From an uncultured virus (IMG/VR IMGVR_UViG_3300025109_000005) (taxonomy: Duplodnaviria > Heunggongvirae > Uroviricota > Caudoviricetes): 64,000 bases of DNA. Shown here piece after piece: positions 8,241 through 17,754 of this stretch. How positions within the stretch are numbered: the stretch's first letter is position 1; each line of letters begins with the position of its first letter. The notes under the pieces were generated by a model. It made no database searches. It saw only the letters and a program-made list of their open reading frames with translations, and was not told where the DNA came from. The stretch is taken from the IMG/VR virus record IMGVR_UViG_3300025109_000005. One strand, written 5' to 3'. The position numbers were made by a program, and so were the translations under genes.

Positions 8241-9167
8241 TTACGTGCCGAAGATGCCACCTTCGGCGTCCTGTGCGGAACGTCGGAGGGCACCGAGTAG
8301 GTCATCGATTCCACGGCTCTCGCCAGTGGAGGTTCCGCTGCTCTGGCCCGTACCCATGTTCATCAGGTCGACGCTCTTGGGAACAGCCTCTGGCTCTGGC
8401 GGTGTCTCGACCACGGGAGCGGGGTAGCCTCCACGGATCATCTTGAGCGCCTGCTCTCTCGAGGCGCCTGCCTGCATCCCTGCGATGAGGAACCAGAAGG
8501 CCTCTTCGTTCGCGATGATGTCGGGAGCGCTCTCTTGGAGCCACGACTGGAACTCGTCGATGGCGGTCTCGGTCTCTTTCTCTTCGACGGCACGGGCTTC
8601 GTCGGCTCGCTTCGCTTCGGCAGATTCGAACGCCTTGAGCTGAGTCTGCAACTCTTCGTGCTTGCCTATCTGCTCCTCGTACTTGCTCTTCCAGTTCGAG
8701 TCTGCCTGGGCACCCATCTCGTCGTACTGCTTCTTCAGCGCATCGAGAGCACCCTTGTGGGCCTGCTTGATGTCGTCGATCTCGCGCTGCTTGTCTGCGA
8801 GGGGGTCGGCATCTCCGTAGAGCCACTGACGAACGCGCTCTTCCTGGGCGGACAACTCCTTCTCCCGCGTAACCAGGCTCTGTCGCCGGGCCGCGTTCTC
8901 CTGGGAGGTCTTGGTGAAGCCGCGCTCGAAGTTCTTGTACTTGGACTCGATGCCCTTGAGTAGCGTCTCCCTGACGTCGTCTTTCAGACCCGAGAGCCAC
9001 TCGGCATTCTTCAGGTCGTTGACCTCACCGTTCCAGTCGAACGCTGGAGGCGGCTCTGCAGATTCGACTGGTTCAGCCGACTCAACGGGTTCTGCGCTCT
9101 CTACGGGGGCACTCTCTGCGGACTCCGGGGCTGAACCAGCCTCGGCTACTCCGTCTACTTCGCTCAT
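8241..9167 (-). CDS. Capsid scaffolding protein (putative)
   Basis: Acidic N-terminus with ESAEPV repeats, YKNFERGFTKTSQE motif of the scaffold-type YxxxxxxYTxKxQE kind, long coiled coil, Pro/Gly linker and short C-terminal helix; lies in the portal operon. Confidence 0.75.
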   Translation of the reverse strand: MSEVDGVAEAGSAPESAESAPVESAEPVESAEPVESAEPPPAFDWNGEVNDLKNAEWLSGLKDDVRETLLKGIESKYKNFERGFTKTSQENAARRQSLVTREKELSAQEERVRQWLYGDADPLADKQREIDDIKQAHKGALDALKKQYDEMGAQADSNWKSKYEEQIGKHEELQTQLKAFESAEAKRADEARAVEEKETETAIDEFQSWLQESAPDIIANEEAFWFLIAGMQAGASREQALKMIRGGYPAPVVETPPEPEAVPKSVDLMNMGTGQSSGTSTGESRGIDDLLGALRRSAQDAEGGIFGT

Positions 9168-9175
9168 GTCGTCTC

Positions 9176-9667
9176 CTACATGGGGGGCATTTCAGGGGGC
9201 ATACCTGCCGGCGGTCCTGCGGGCGCGCCTTCGGCGGGCGCCATCTCCAGGGCCATGGCGGCGTCTTCGGAGCTGATGTCTTCGATGGAACCAGCGATCT
9301 TCTCCAGCTCCATGCGAAGCTGCATGTCGATGAGAAGTGCCTCGGCGAGCTCTTCGGGGGACATACCCTCGGTACGTCCCAGCTGCTGGGCAGCATCGTA
9401 GAGCGCACGGGCCTTGGCTTCGTCGATCTCGAGGCGCTCTGCGAGCACGGACACGTCCGGTCCGACAGGCTCGTCGCCTTCATCCTCGACGACTTCCTCC
9501 TCGACAACCTCACCCTCGAGCGGAGCTTCGGCTTCAGCGCCCTCGGGCCCACCCTCGGGAGCACCTTCGGGCCCACCGATCTCGGCGAGGATACGGTCAA
9601 CCTCGTCCATCAGGGGCTTCATGTCCTTTTCGGGGACGATTTCCTTGGGGGGCGCTTCTTCGGGCAT
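9176..9667 (-). CDS. Acidic, Pro-rich hypothetical head-module protein
   Basis: 163-aa ORF directly upstream of the scaffold; GGAG RBS. Confidence 0.7.
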   Translation of the reverse strand: MPEEAPPKEIVPEKDMKPLMDEVDRILAEIGGPEGAPEGGPEGAEAEAPLEGEVVEEEVVEDEGDEPVGPDVSVLAERLEIDEAKARALYDAAQQLGRTEGMSPEELAEALLIDMQLRMELEKIAGSIEDISSEDAAMALEMAPAEGAPAGPPAGMPPEMPPM

Positions 9668-9669
9668 GA

Positions 9670-9891
9670 CTACTCCACCTGTTGGGTGAGTGCGTCCTCG
9701 TCTGCCAGTTCAAAAGCGACCGGAAGTCCGAGGCTGAGGAGGTTCTTGTTGGAAAGGTGTCTGCGTTCTCCGGTGGCACGGTCTTCGTATACCACCATAT
9801 CACGATAGGCCACTTCGCCCACCTTGCGTAGACTACGCGGATGACTATCTGCCAGGCTGTGGGCCTTGTCGAGGAGATCGGGGTTCATCAC
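9670..9891 (-). CDS. Hypothetical protein
   Basis: 73-aa ORF translationally coupled within the operon. Confidence 0.6.
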   Translation of the reverse strand: MMNPDLLDKAHSLADSHPRSLRKVGEVAYRDMVVYEDRATGERRHLSNKNLLSLGLPVAFELADEDALTQQVE

Positions 9892-10367
9892 TTGAGCGCC
9901 CCCACCAGCTGTGCGGCGGACTTCTGCGTGATCGTGTGGCCCGGTTCCTCGGCGCGCAGTCGCTGCTTGGTGTCCGAGATCTCCTTCGCCATCTTGTCGT
10001 TGAGGTTCAGAGACTGCTTGCTCTGCCAGGACCGGTGACGAATCTCGTCTACACGAGAGCTCTTCTCGGCCCGCGTCTCGGTCTCGAGTTCGACCCGGTG
10101 GTTCGGAAAGCGCTCCTTGATGGTGGAGACCGCCCTGTCGTACTGCTCACGGGTCTCGCACTTGCCGAGGATACCCATGTCTACCGGGACGAATGTGCCG
10201 TAGCCATCACCCTGGACCCCAGGGAACCGTCCATGCGCCCATGACACTATACGCATACCTCCGCACTCACAGGGGGGAGGCCCCTCTTCACGGTGGTAGA
10301 AAACGTCTGGGTCGATTGTACCACACTCAGTGCATTCCAGGCCGTTGGCGATGAAGCTCATGGTCAC
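9888..10367 (-). CDS. Zinc-ribbon (FmdB-like) protein
   Basis: CTEC...CECGG N-terminal ribbon; a common position between portal and scaffold. Confidence 0.6.
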   Translation of the reverse strand: MTMSFIANGLECTECGTIDPDVFYHREEGPPPCECGGMRIVSWAHGRFPGVQGDGYGTFVPVDMGILGKCETREQYDRAVSTIKERFPNHRVELETETRAEKSSRVDEIRHRSWQSKQSLNLNDKMAKEISDTKQRLRAEEPGHTITQKSAAQLVGALK

Positions 10368-11212
10368 TCTCTCGGTGCGTCGGGGTGATCGGTGATGTTG
10401 TAGGTCTCAGCGGTTTCTGGCTTTTCAAAGAAGTGACGAGTCTTGTCTTCACCCTTGACCGTATGTAGGGTCCACCCAGAGCCGAACCAGTTTGCTTGCT
10501 CGGAGGACTCGATAGTTCCGTACTTCTCGGGTTGACCGACGCGCAAGTTCAAGTCTGCGGTGGACGCCTCGAAGATGTCTTCCTCGGGCACGTTTTTATA
10601 GATGTGTTTTTTCTGGTAGTTCGCGTAGTCATCGAGCCGTCCCTGAAGCCACGCGTCAGTTCCGTCGTCGTGATCAGGGTCATATATCATCACTCCTGAC
10701 TTTCCTTGTATCCAAGAGGGGCCGGTCCAAGAGGGGCCGGACTTTATCAGCTCGAAATCGGCTTGCGTTCTGCGCTGGGCCATGCGTCGAATGTAGTCGT
10801 CCCAGGACTTGATCTCTCCTGGCTGCGACTGAGCCTGAGCCTGCGGGGGCCCCCCACGAATGGGGTAGCGTTGACCTTCGGGGGAAGTGAACTCTGCCTG
10901 GAGTTGAGGAACCCCCTGCTCATCGGGCTCACTTCCTATGTATGTGAGTTGATCCTCTGTGCCGGGAAACATGCTGCCTTGAGCAACCTTGACGGAACCA
11001 TCCGGGGTCGAGAACTCTGCCCAGGGCAGGGACTTGTCGGTTTCGGTGAGACTATGCCGCTGAATCGCGACGTTCTTGAGCCGAGGAGGTAGCTCAGCTG
11101 TGGCGCCCCAGTCTATGCTCGTGGGCTTTTTGGAGGGTGCGAGCCTCGCTGCCTGTGCGTCTTGTCCGTCGATGCGCCACTGGTTGAGTAGAGCGGTAGC
11201 TTCGTCTGCCAT
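10364..11212 (-). CDS. Hypothetical accessory protein (candidate virion cargo)
   Basis: 282-aa ORF; N-terminal LLNQWRIDGQDAQ helix. Confidence 0.7.
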   Translation of the reverse strand: MADEATALLNQWRIDGQDAQAARLAPSKKPTSIDWGATAELPPRLKNVAIQRHSLTETDKSLPWAEFSTPDGSVKVAQGSMFPGTEDQLTYIGSEPDEQGVPQLQAEFTSPEGQRYPIRGGPPQAQAQSQPGEIKSWDDYIRRMAQRRTQADFELIKSGPSWTGPSWIQGKSGVMIYDPDHDDGTDAWLQGRLDDYANYQKKHIYKNVPEEDIFEASTADLNLRVGQPEKYGTIESSEQANWFGSGWTLHTVKGEDKTRHFFEKPETAETYNITDHPDAPRE

Positions 11213-11214
11213 GA

Positions 11215-14200
11215 CTATCCATACCTCGAGGAGTCATCCAGGGCTCCGGCGAGGGAGGCTTGAATGTCAGGATTCTTGGGGTCGAACATGCCCTTGTTGA
11301 GATAGCTCTTGATCTGGGTGGGCTCGAAAGCGATGTAGGAGTCCCCACCACCCTCAATGATATTGCGGTAGACGACACCGTCGTAGCCTTGAGCTTTTAG
11401 CGCTGCTTTGGCTTGTGCACCAAGTTCTGCGATGATGCGCTCACGTAAATCTGATTCTGTGTAATCTTCTGCGAGACTAAGAGCTTGGTTGTTTACATCT
11501 TCGCGGAACTCAATGTCAGTATCGTATTTTTTCCAGGCAGCGTCTATCGTCTCATCTGTGTAGTCAAACTGACGCCAAAAAGTATCTTCTATTAAAGCGT
11601 CATCGTTGATTTTTTGCCTTTTCGCTAACTGGAGTAACCCTTCCTCGGTCATTCTAGCCGGGTTTTTAATAGATAAGTAAACGGGGTAGACTCGTCCTGG
11701 GGCGTCTGTCTCTGATCGAAGTCGCTGCCACTTGAGACCACCGATTCCGGCAAATGTGTCTGCTACATGGGGGCTCGTCGCAAAGTGAGCCCCCATGTAG
11801 GCGTTTGGATCACCCGAGCCAGAAAGGATTGTCGCCTCGTCTACGTCTATCCAGGGAGGCCCCTCTACGGAGAACTCGCTGAAATCGACTTTTGCAGTTG
11901 TGCCATGGTAGACGACCAACGGCTTTCCAGCATCGTCTACCACTGCCGACTCACCGAACCACTTCTGGAAGTAGGGAGAGTTTGTCCCCATCTCCTGCCA
12001 CAGCCGCTTGGCCTCGGCAGCCTCGCCGAGCATCTGCTTGGCCGCAGTCTGGGCAGCCTGGTCGCCTTCCTGGGCAGCCTTGAAGGTCTCGGTGACCTTG
12101 GGCGCGATTGTGGTTGGGGGTGAGGGGAGGTCGCGCACCCCTTCGGCGGCTGATCGAGCGCTCACTTTCGGGCCGAGCTTTGTTCGGACTGCCGCTTTGT
12201 GCGCTCCGGCAGAGACACCCAGCTCGTGTGTCGCCTTCATCACCTCGGCAAGAGCGTTGCGGTCCTTCAAGCTTACGCCGAAGACATCGGCAACAGCTGC
12301 GAGGAGCTCGTTCCAGACTGTCGTGATTTTGCCGCCCGTGGTGGGGATCTCGATCTCCTTCAGTATCGCCTGGAACTCTGGATTGGAGAACGCTTCTGCG
12401 ACGAACTCCTCAGCGTCCGTGAATCCGTATTCGCCGAGAGCGTGGGGTGAACCCTTCCAGCGAGGATACTGCACGGGACCGACGCCGTACTTCTCGAGCG
12501 GCACCCCCTTAGGAGACATACGAGTCGAGGTTATCCGGGTACTTAGTATATCTTGTGTCTGCTTATAGATTTCTTCGATTCTGTCGGCAGCAGCGAGAGC
12601 GCGTCGACCTTCTGCGGTGCTCTTCAAAGAGCGCAAGATCTCGGGTATACCTGTTCGTCCATCATAGTTGGCTTCTCCTCGGTTCATTTTGGCGGCGTGG
12701 AGGACCCGAGCGGTGCCCCCATGTAGCAGCTCATGGATAACTGTAGAGAAGCCCTTCAGGTGACGTGTTTGGTTTATGACGACGACGTCGTGATTAACGC
12801 TATACCAAGAGGTGCCCCGTGCTAGTTTCCTCTTCTTCTCGTCCGCCAGGTGTGCCGCCACGCTACGAGGCAGGTCGTCGAGGGTGCCGAACACAGATTC
12901 ACGATACTTGGCTGGCGCATCAACGACTCCTTCTACGTCGTTGACGACATGGACGGGTATATCGTCTACGCCGGGGAAGCCTTTGAGATACTTCGCGACG
13001 GCGACTTCTGGGTCTCCGCGCCCATACATGCCTACATAGACCAGCTTTTGGGGTTGTTTGATTATTTCGTCGAGTAGGGTATTCGAGTCGGTCACCATGT
13101 AGCGGGGGCGGGGATCTTGGTCCCGGTACGGCGTGGGCGATTCATCTATATACTCCGTCTTCGTTTTGACTGTCTGGGTGATCCAATCATCGGCTTCGTG
13201 GTACGGCTCCCAACGCAGGGAAGCCTCCCACGGATCGCGGGGCTCGTACTTAGGATCGCGGAGCACATCGGGCGGTGAGGCACGAACCGCCGCCTCGGCT
13301 ACGGGTGCGGCAGGCGCTGCTTCTGCGCTTCTTTTTAACTCACGGTATTCATTTTTAAGCATCGCTCGCTTGAATCCGTAAACTCCTCGACTCGGCGGAA
13401 CTCCGGTCCGAGAACTGGGGAGAAGCGGCGTACCATCTACTGAGATACCTGTGCCGAATGTGACGAATCTGCTTCCGTCTTGCCTCTTGACCATAAGCTG
13501 TGTTGTTGGTTTGGCTCCTTTTGCGGGAGTCTTGTCGTATGGGGGAAATCGGTCTACTGGACCAAGGACTTGAACTTGTTCGTCGCCGAATGCTGCCTCG
13601 ACTGGATATTCGCGGGTGTGCATTTTATCGAGGGCCGCGTCTGCTTGTTGCTTGTATTCGGCTTTGGTCGCCTCATCGAGATCTTCCCAGTAAGTGACGC
13701 CCGGTTCGCGTGGTTTTGCTCTGGCTTCGAGGAACTCATCCCAAGAAGGTAGCTTCTTGGCTGCACGCGCGGCAGGCGCCACCTCGGCTGCTTCCCTCGC
13801 AGCTTTGACGATGGGCCCGACAGGCGGTCCGACAACTGCAGCCATGCCGAGACCTGACAGGGCAGCCATGGCTACGTCGCCTTCCTCGATGGCTTTGTTG
13901 AAGTAGTCTGCGTCGATGGCGTATCCGAGGGACGGGCTTGCGGCTCCCCCGAGTACTTCAGTCCACGCCTTTGCGCTGGGTCCGATCTCGAACTCTCCTT
14001 CGAGACCATAGCGCTTGGGCCACTCCCCGGGCGGGCGTTCGTCGAGGGGCGTTGCCTCTACCGATTCACCTGTGGTGGCTCGTCGATAGTGCTCTGGGCT
14101 GGCGTAGACACCCTCGGGGCCGGGCGCGTCTGCGACGGAGGGCTCCTCGGAGATCTCCTTCTTGCGCGACTCCATGACGGCTCTCCAGGCGTCTCGCTGC

Positions 14201-14577
14201 TTCTGCGTCATGTCCGGGGGCTCTTTCACCGCACCGCTGGGGCCCGGCAGGTCCACTGCTGTCGGAGGCGTGACGCGCTGCACCAGATTGCCGTACTTGT
14301 CGTAGACCTCACCCTCCTGGCGCGGCCTCTTGTAGCGCCGAAGGTCTGAACGTATCTGGTCGGCTTGTTCGCTGGTCAGCCCGGGGGCACTGTCCCACTC
14401 CGGCCTTTGAGCCAGAGTTTCGGCTGCGGCTTCGCGGCGAGCATCTGCGAACGCCTTCTCCTCTGTTTTCTTCGCAGGTACGAATGGCTTGACCTCTGCG
14501 TCTTCCTCTTTCGCCGCATCTTCGCGCAGCTTGCGAAGTCGCAGGTCGAGGTCAGGGGTCAGGCCATAGGTGCTCAC
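11215..14577 (-). CDS. Polyvalent protein: PT-TG-like segment, zincin metallopeptidase, C-terminal ADP-ribosyltransferase (ART-PolyVal-like)
   Basis: HELLH at 12721-12735 plus EEFVAEAFSNPEF; C-terminal FQKWFGESAVVD..GKPLVVYHGT...VYPVYLSIKNP...GYDGVVY...FEPTQIKS...FDPKNPDI. Confidence 0.8.
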   Translation of the reverse strand: MSTYGLTPDLDLRLRKLREDAAKEEDAEVKPFVPAKKTEEKAFADARREAAAETLAQRPEWDSAPGLTSEQADQIRSDLRRYKRPRQEGEVYDKYGNLVQRVTPPTAVDLPGPSGAVKEPPDMTQKQRDAWRAVMESRKKEISEEPSVADAPGPEGVYASPEHYRRATTGESVEATPLDERPPGEWPKRYGLEGEFEIGPSAKAWTEVLGGAASPSLGYAIDADYFNKAIEEGDVAMAALSGLGMAAVVGPPVGPIVKAAREAAEVAPAARAAKKLPSWDEFLEARAKPREPGVTYWEDLDEATKAEYKQQADAALDKMHTREYPVEAAFGDEQVQVLGPVDRFPPYDKTPAKGAKPTTQLMVKRQDGSRFVTFGTGISVDGTPLLPSSRTGVPPSRGVYGFKRAMLKNEYRELKRSAEAAPAAPVAEAAVRASPPDVLRDPKYEPRDPWEASLRWEPYHEADDWITQTVKTKTEYIDESPTPYRDQDPRPRYMVTDSNTLLDEIIKQPQKLVYVGMYGRGDPEVAVAKYLKGFPGVDDIPVHVVNDVEGVVDAPAKYRESVFGTLDDLPRSVAAHLADEKKRKLARGTSWYSVNHDVVVINQTRHLKGFSTVIHELLHGGTARVLHAAKMNRGEANYDGRTGIPEILRSLKSTAEGRRALAAADRIEEIYKQTQDILSTRITSTRMSPKGVPLEKYGVGPVQYPRWKGSPHALGEYGFTDAEEFVAEAFSNPEFQAILKEIEIPTTGGKITTVWNELLAAVADVFGVSLKDRNALAEVMKATHELGVSAGAHKAAVRTKLGPKVSARSAAEGVRDLPSPPTTIAPKVTETFKAAQEGDQAAQTAAKQMLGEAAEAKRLWQEMGTNSPYFQKWFGESAVVDDAGKPLVVYHGTTAKVDFSEFSVEGPPWIDVDEATILSGSGDPNAYMGAHFATSPHVADTFAGIGGLKWQRLRSETDAPGRVYPVYLSIKNPARMTEEGLLQLAKRQKINDDALIEDTFWRQFDYTDETIDAAWKKYDTDIEFREDVNNQALSLAEDYTESDLRERIIAELGAQAKAALKAQGYDGVVYRNIIEGGGDSYIAFEPTQIKSYLNKGMFDPKNPDIQASLAGALDDSSRYG

Positions 14578-14903
14578 TTGGCGCCTCTGTAGCGAGGAGT
14601 GATTTCTCCAGGCCTCACATCCATCGGGGAGACAGCTTCGCAGGGCTGATCCGTCTCGTACTCGCCCTCGGGCTGAAAGTGCCTGTCGTAGTCCTTCAGG
14701 TAGAAGCGTCGTCGGTTGAAGCTTCGAGAGGCCCCTCCGGCTTCTCGGTGGGAGAGCACCGTGTAACCCACGGTCACTCCAGGGAGACGGCTACGGGGAG
14801 GCTTTGTTTTCGTCGGAGCGAGCCATGAACTCTCACGCACGTACTCCATGTTCTCGATAGGCATGAGCCAGATCACTTCGGATTCTCTGGGGTTGACGTT
14901 CAT
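14574..14903 (-). CDS. DUF6009-like protein
   Basis: IWL..IE..EYVRES...VGY...F.RRRF.L..YDR..P.G.Y....PCEAV.P pattern; start reassigned to ATG at 14903 after GGAG. Confidence 0.6.
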   Translation of the reverse strand: MNVNPRESEVIWLMPIENMEYVRESSWLAPTKTKPPRSRLPGVTVGYTVLSHREAGGASRSFNRRRFYLKDYDRHFQPEGEYETDQPCEAVSPMDVRPGEITPRYRGAK

Positions 14904-14917
14904 TACTGTCTCCGGGG

Positions 14918-15343
14918 TTAGGTGACTGTCCGGCCTGCCCAGCTGAAGCAGACTCGCATGGATGCACACTTGAAGTTCCAGGCCTGGCAGTAGCCGAGCT
15001 CTCCGCCCTCGATGGCTCGTTCGGGGTCACCCTCTCCACCGAGTCCGGTCTCGATGCACTGGAGCATCTGCGGAGTCTGGATGAAGAAGGTGCAGCCCTC
15101 GCAGCGCATCGACATCACGTTGTCGACGGTGTCGTTGAACTTCTGGGCATAGATCTCCCAGAACGGCAGGTTCTCACCTACGTCGTCGAGCTGTGGATTG
15201 ACGGGACCGTACTTGGCTTCGTCGATGGCTTTCTGACGATGCTTCATGTTCAGGACGATGTCCTGCGTCACCCGAGGGCACCTGTCCGTCTCACGGGCGT
15301 CCCGCTTCGCTCGGTCGATGATCTCGTGTGATGTTCTCGCCAC
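14918..15343 (-). CDS. Cys-rich conserved phage protein, possibly Fe-S (HiPIP-like Cys spacing)
   Basis: CP..TQD..LN..HRQKAI..YGP.NP; RCEGC...GYC...KC...VCxSW. Confidence 0.7.
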   Translation of the reverse strand: MARTSHEIIDRAKRDARETDRCPRVTQDIVLNMKHRQKAIDEAKYGPVNPQLDDVGENLPFWEIYAQKFNDTVDNVMSMRCEGCTFFIQTPQMLQCIETGLGGEGDPERAIEGGELGYCQAWNFKCASMRVCFSWAGRTVT

Positions 15344-16009
15344 CTATCCCTCGTATTCTTTGATCATGGCTTGGATTTTCTCCCAGCCAGCTTTTTGGTC
15401 GAGAGGGGGAGCGAGCTCTGGCCTGAATACCATTGTGGTGCGCAGGATTTCGGGGTCGATTCCTCGGTCTACGGCTTGCGCGTAGTCGATGCTGCCGTCG
15501 AGGAAATCAGCCAGGTCTTGCCCCTGCTTCTGCTCCGACAGGATCTTCTCGGCCATTTTCATGGCGTCCTTGGATCGGTCCCCTGCGCGGATGGCCTTGA
15601 ACACTGCCTTGGCGCTATCACCGAAGACGGGGAGGAACCCGACTCCAGCCATCACCATTCCGAGAGTGTCGTTGCTGCGGATTGCCGTGGCGAGGTCCTT
15701 GACGTCGATGGCGACTCCCGCAGGTGTGGCTCCCGCAGCAATCTCGGTAGCAACCTTCGCAGGACCGAGTTCCACCGGTCCCGTGGTTCCATGTCTCGTC
15801 ACTCGCGTCTTGAGAGGCTCGGCTGCCTGCGCTGCCTGGCTGCTTGCGACAGAGGCCTCCCAGCGCCCCTGCTGCTCTGGGGTCATCTCTGGACGCTTCA
15901 ACGTTGAGCCGCCGAGACGTATCGCCTCTTCGTCCTGGGCCGACCGACGCATCTGGTTGATCTTGTTGTCGGCTTCGTTCTTCAGGTTCAGGTATTCATC
16001 GGTGGGCAT
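15344..16009 (-). CDS. Accessory protein with a pre-toxin TG-like hydrophobic hairpin
   Basis: AAGATPAGVAIDVKDL...MAGVGFLPVFGDSAK; N-terminal part homologous to 11215-14577. Confidence 0.7.
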   Translation of the reverse strand: MPTDEYLNLKNEADNKINQMRRSAQDEEAIRLGGSTLKRPEMTPEQQGRWEASVASSQAAQAAEPLKTRVTRHGTTGPVELGPAKVATEIAAGATPAGVAIDVKDLATAIRSNDTLGMVMAGVGFLPVFGDSAKAVFKAIRAGDRSKDAMKMAEKILSEQKQGQDLADFLDGSIDYAQAVDRGIDPEILRTTMVFRPELAPPLDQKAGWEKIQAMIKEYEG

Positions 16010-16017
16010 GGTGTCCT

Positions 16018-17751
16018 CTATTTGGCGGGTGCGCCTTCACGGATGGGTGCCCCTCCGCCTGCGGCGAGAGCTTCTTCGGGTGATTCTTCTCCACCACCGC
16101 CTGCCAACATCGCCAGCAGTTCTGGCGGGATGCCTTCTGCACCACCTTCACCGTTTGCGGCGACAGCAGCACCACCGAGGGCTTGCTGCTGGGCTGCTTC
16201 GGCCTGGGCAGCGGCAGTGGCTGCGACGTCTTCTTCGGGCAGTAGGATGTTGGCAGGTAGTCCGAGTCCGGTGATGAGTTCTTCGGTGAACCGTCTCACA
16301 TCGACGTTCGGATTCTGCATCAGGAAGGGCAGCAGGTTTATCATGGTCTCGGCGAGAACACTGGGGTTTTGGCGGATGGGGTTGTAGCTGACCATGGAGA
16401 AGCTGACGTCCACGTCGTGGATGTCGGGCAGGTTGACGGTCGCCCAGCGACGGTTGCCCGCGACCCGGACCATCTTCTCTTCCTTCATGTACTTGCGGCA
16501 CAGGTAGAAGGCCTTCTCACCCACGCTCTCGAGCGCAGCGTTGACATGACCCTCGCGGGTCGCCAACCTGGTCCGCATCTGGGCATCGATGATTGCCATC
16601 TCGGTAGCCGTCCTGGCACCTGTGACCTGACCTCGTGCAGCCTCGGCCAGGGCGCTGATGAAGGCGGCATCGTCTTCCTGTCGAGCCGTGAACTCCTTGA
16701 CGCCCACAGGGGTCTGGGGCTGAGGCATCTCGTAGAACAGGGTCGCCAATGTGCGCAGGGCTTCGCTGTTCTCGGGGCTGATTCCGATGAAGCTACCGCT
16801 GGATGCCTCGACGGCCTTGTTGAGGTCCTCTTCGCTGATGCGCCCAGAGTCGTAGAGGATCCTCGGAATCATCAGGTAGACGATCTGCTTCATGTGTGTG
16901 AGCAGGTCGTTCACGGTCTCCTGTTGACTGAGGACGAGCTGGACCTCGCTCAATCCCAGACAGTCCACGCCCGACTGGTTCAGTGAGAACATGGAGTAGG
17001 GGATGTAGTCGATCTCGTCCTCGAGCACGATGGTGTCGGCCTGTTGGACGTAGTGCTGCACGATGTTGTGCTCGCGGTCGTAGTACTCCCAGACGGTGAC
17101 CCACTGGAACGCATCACGGACGGAGTTGGCGTTCTTCTGGTTGCTGCCGCCCAGCATCCACGAGGGATAGCGGTCGGGCTGGATGTCTCCCATCCGGTCG
17201 ATCTTGTACATGCCTGACTCGACCCGCTTCTCGAACTCCGACCAGGGAAGCACGGTGGCCTCGAGCCAGTAACGAATGTCGTCCACGTCCCGGACGGTCA
17301 GGTCGAAGAAGATGGCGGACGGGTCGACGACCTTGATCAGGGGCCGGTCGAGGGTCTGGCTCCAGCCTGTCTTGAAGATGCCTCGCTTGCACAGCACCGC
17401 ATCGATGAGCGCCGTGGCGGCACGGCTCCGCATCCGGTTGGTATCGAAGATGTACTCCAGTAGACCGTTGACTGCGGGGAGCGCCTGCTGGCTACGCGGG
17501 TTGCGCGGGGTCGCCGCGACCTGGGGGTTCGGCCCGAGCAGTGCACTGATGGCTGTGTCCGCGATGGCGTAGATGAGGTTCTTGCTGCAGAGCATGCTTC
17601 GCAGCTGGCTCGTGTCGACGAGTGCGCCCTCCGAGGCCTGGTTCCAGAACTCGCCACGGTAGTAGCGACGAGCCTTGTCGAAGGACTGCTTCTCGTATTG
17701 GTCGTAGTACCGGCGATGGCGGTCGATGAGGCTCGATAGTTTCGGAGTCAA
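16018..17751 (-). CDS. Portal protein
   Basis: 577 aa downstream of terL; RRYYRG, KNLIYAIAD...NPQV and RTATE motifs; Q/A/G-rich C-terminal tail. Confidence 0.85.
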   Translation of the reverse strand: MTPKLSSLIDRHRRYYDQYEKQSFDKARRYYRGEFWNQASEGALVDTSQLRSMLCSKNLIYAIADTAISALLGPNPQVAATPRNPRSQQALPAVNGLLEYIFDTNRMRSRAATALIDAVLCKRGIFKTGWSQTLDRPLIKVVDPSAIFFDLTVRDVDDIRYWLEATVLPWSEFEKRVESGMYKIDRMGDIQPDRYPSWMLGGSNQKNANSVRDAFQWVTVWEYYDREHNIVQHYVQQADTIVLEDEIDYIPYSMFSLNQSGVDCLGLSEVQLVLSQQETVNDLLTHMKQIVYLMIPRILYDSGRISEEDLNKAVEASSGSFIGISPENSEALRTLATLFYEMPQPQTPVGVKEFTARQEDDAAFISALAEAARGQVTGARTATEMAIIDAQMRTRLATREGHVNAALESVGEKAFYLCRKYMKEEKMVRVAGNRRWATVNLPDIHDVDVSFSMVSYNPIRQNPSVLAETMINLLPFLMQNPNVDVRRFTEELITGLGLPANILLPEEDVAATAAAQAEAAQQQALGGAAVAANGEGGAEGIPPELLAMLAGGGGEESPEEALAAGGGAPIREGAPAK

Positions 17752-17754
17752 GGT

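Noticed and set aside
9050..9125. ESAEPV tandem repeat (and the PEAE repeat near 59070-59100) as a special locus
   Set aside because: These are ordinary low-complexity linkers inside proteins.
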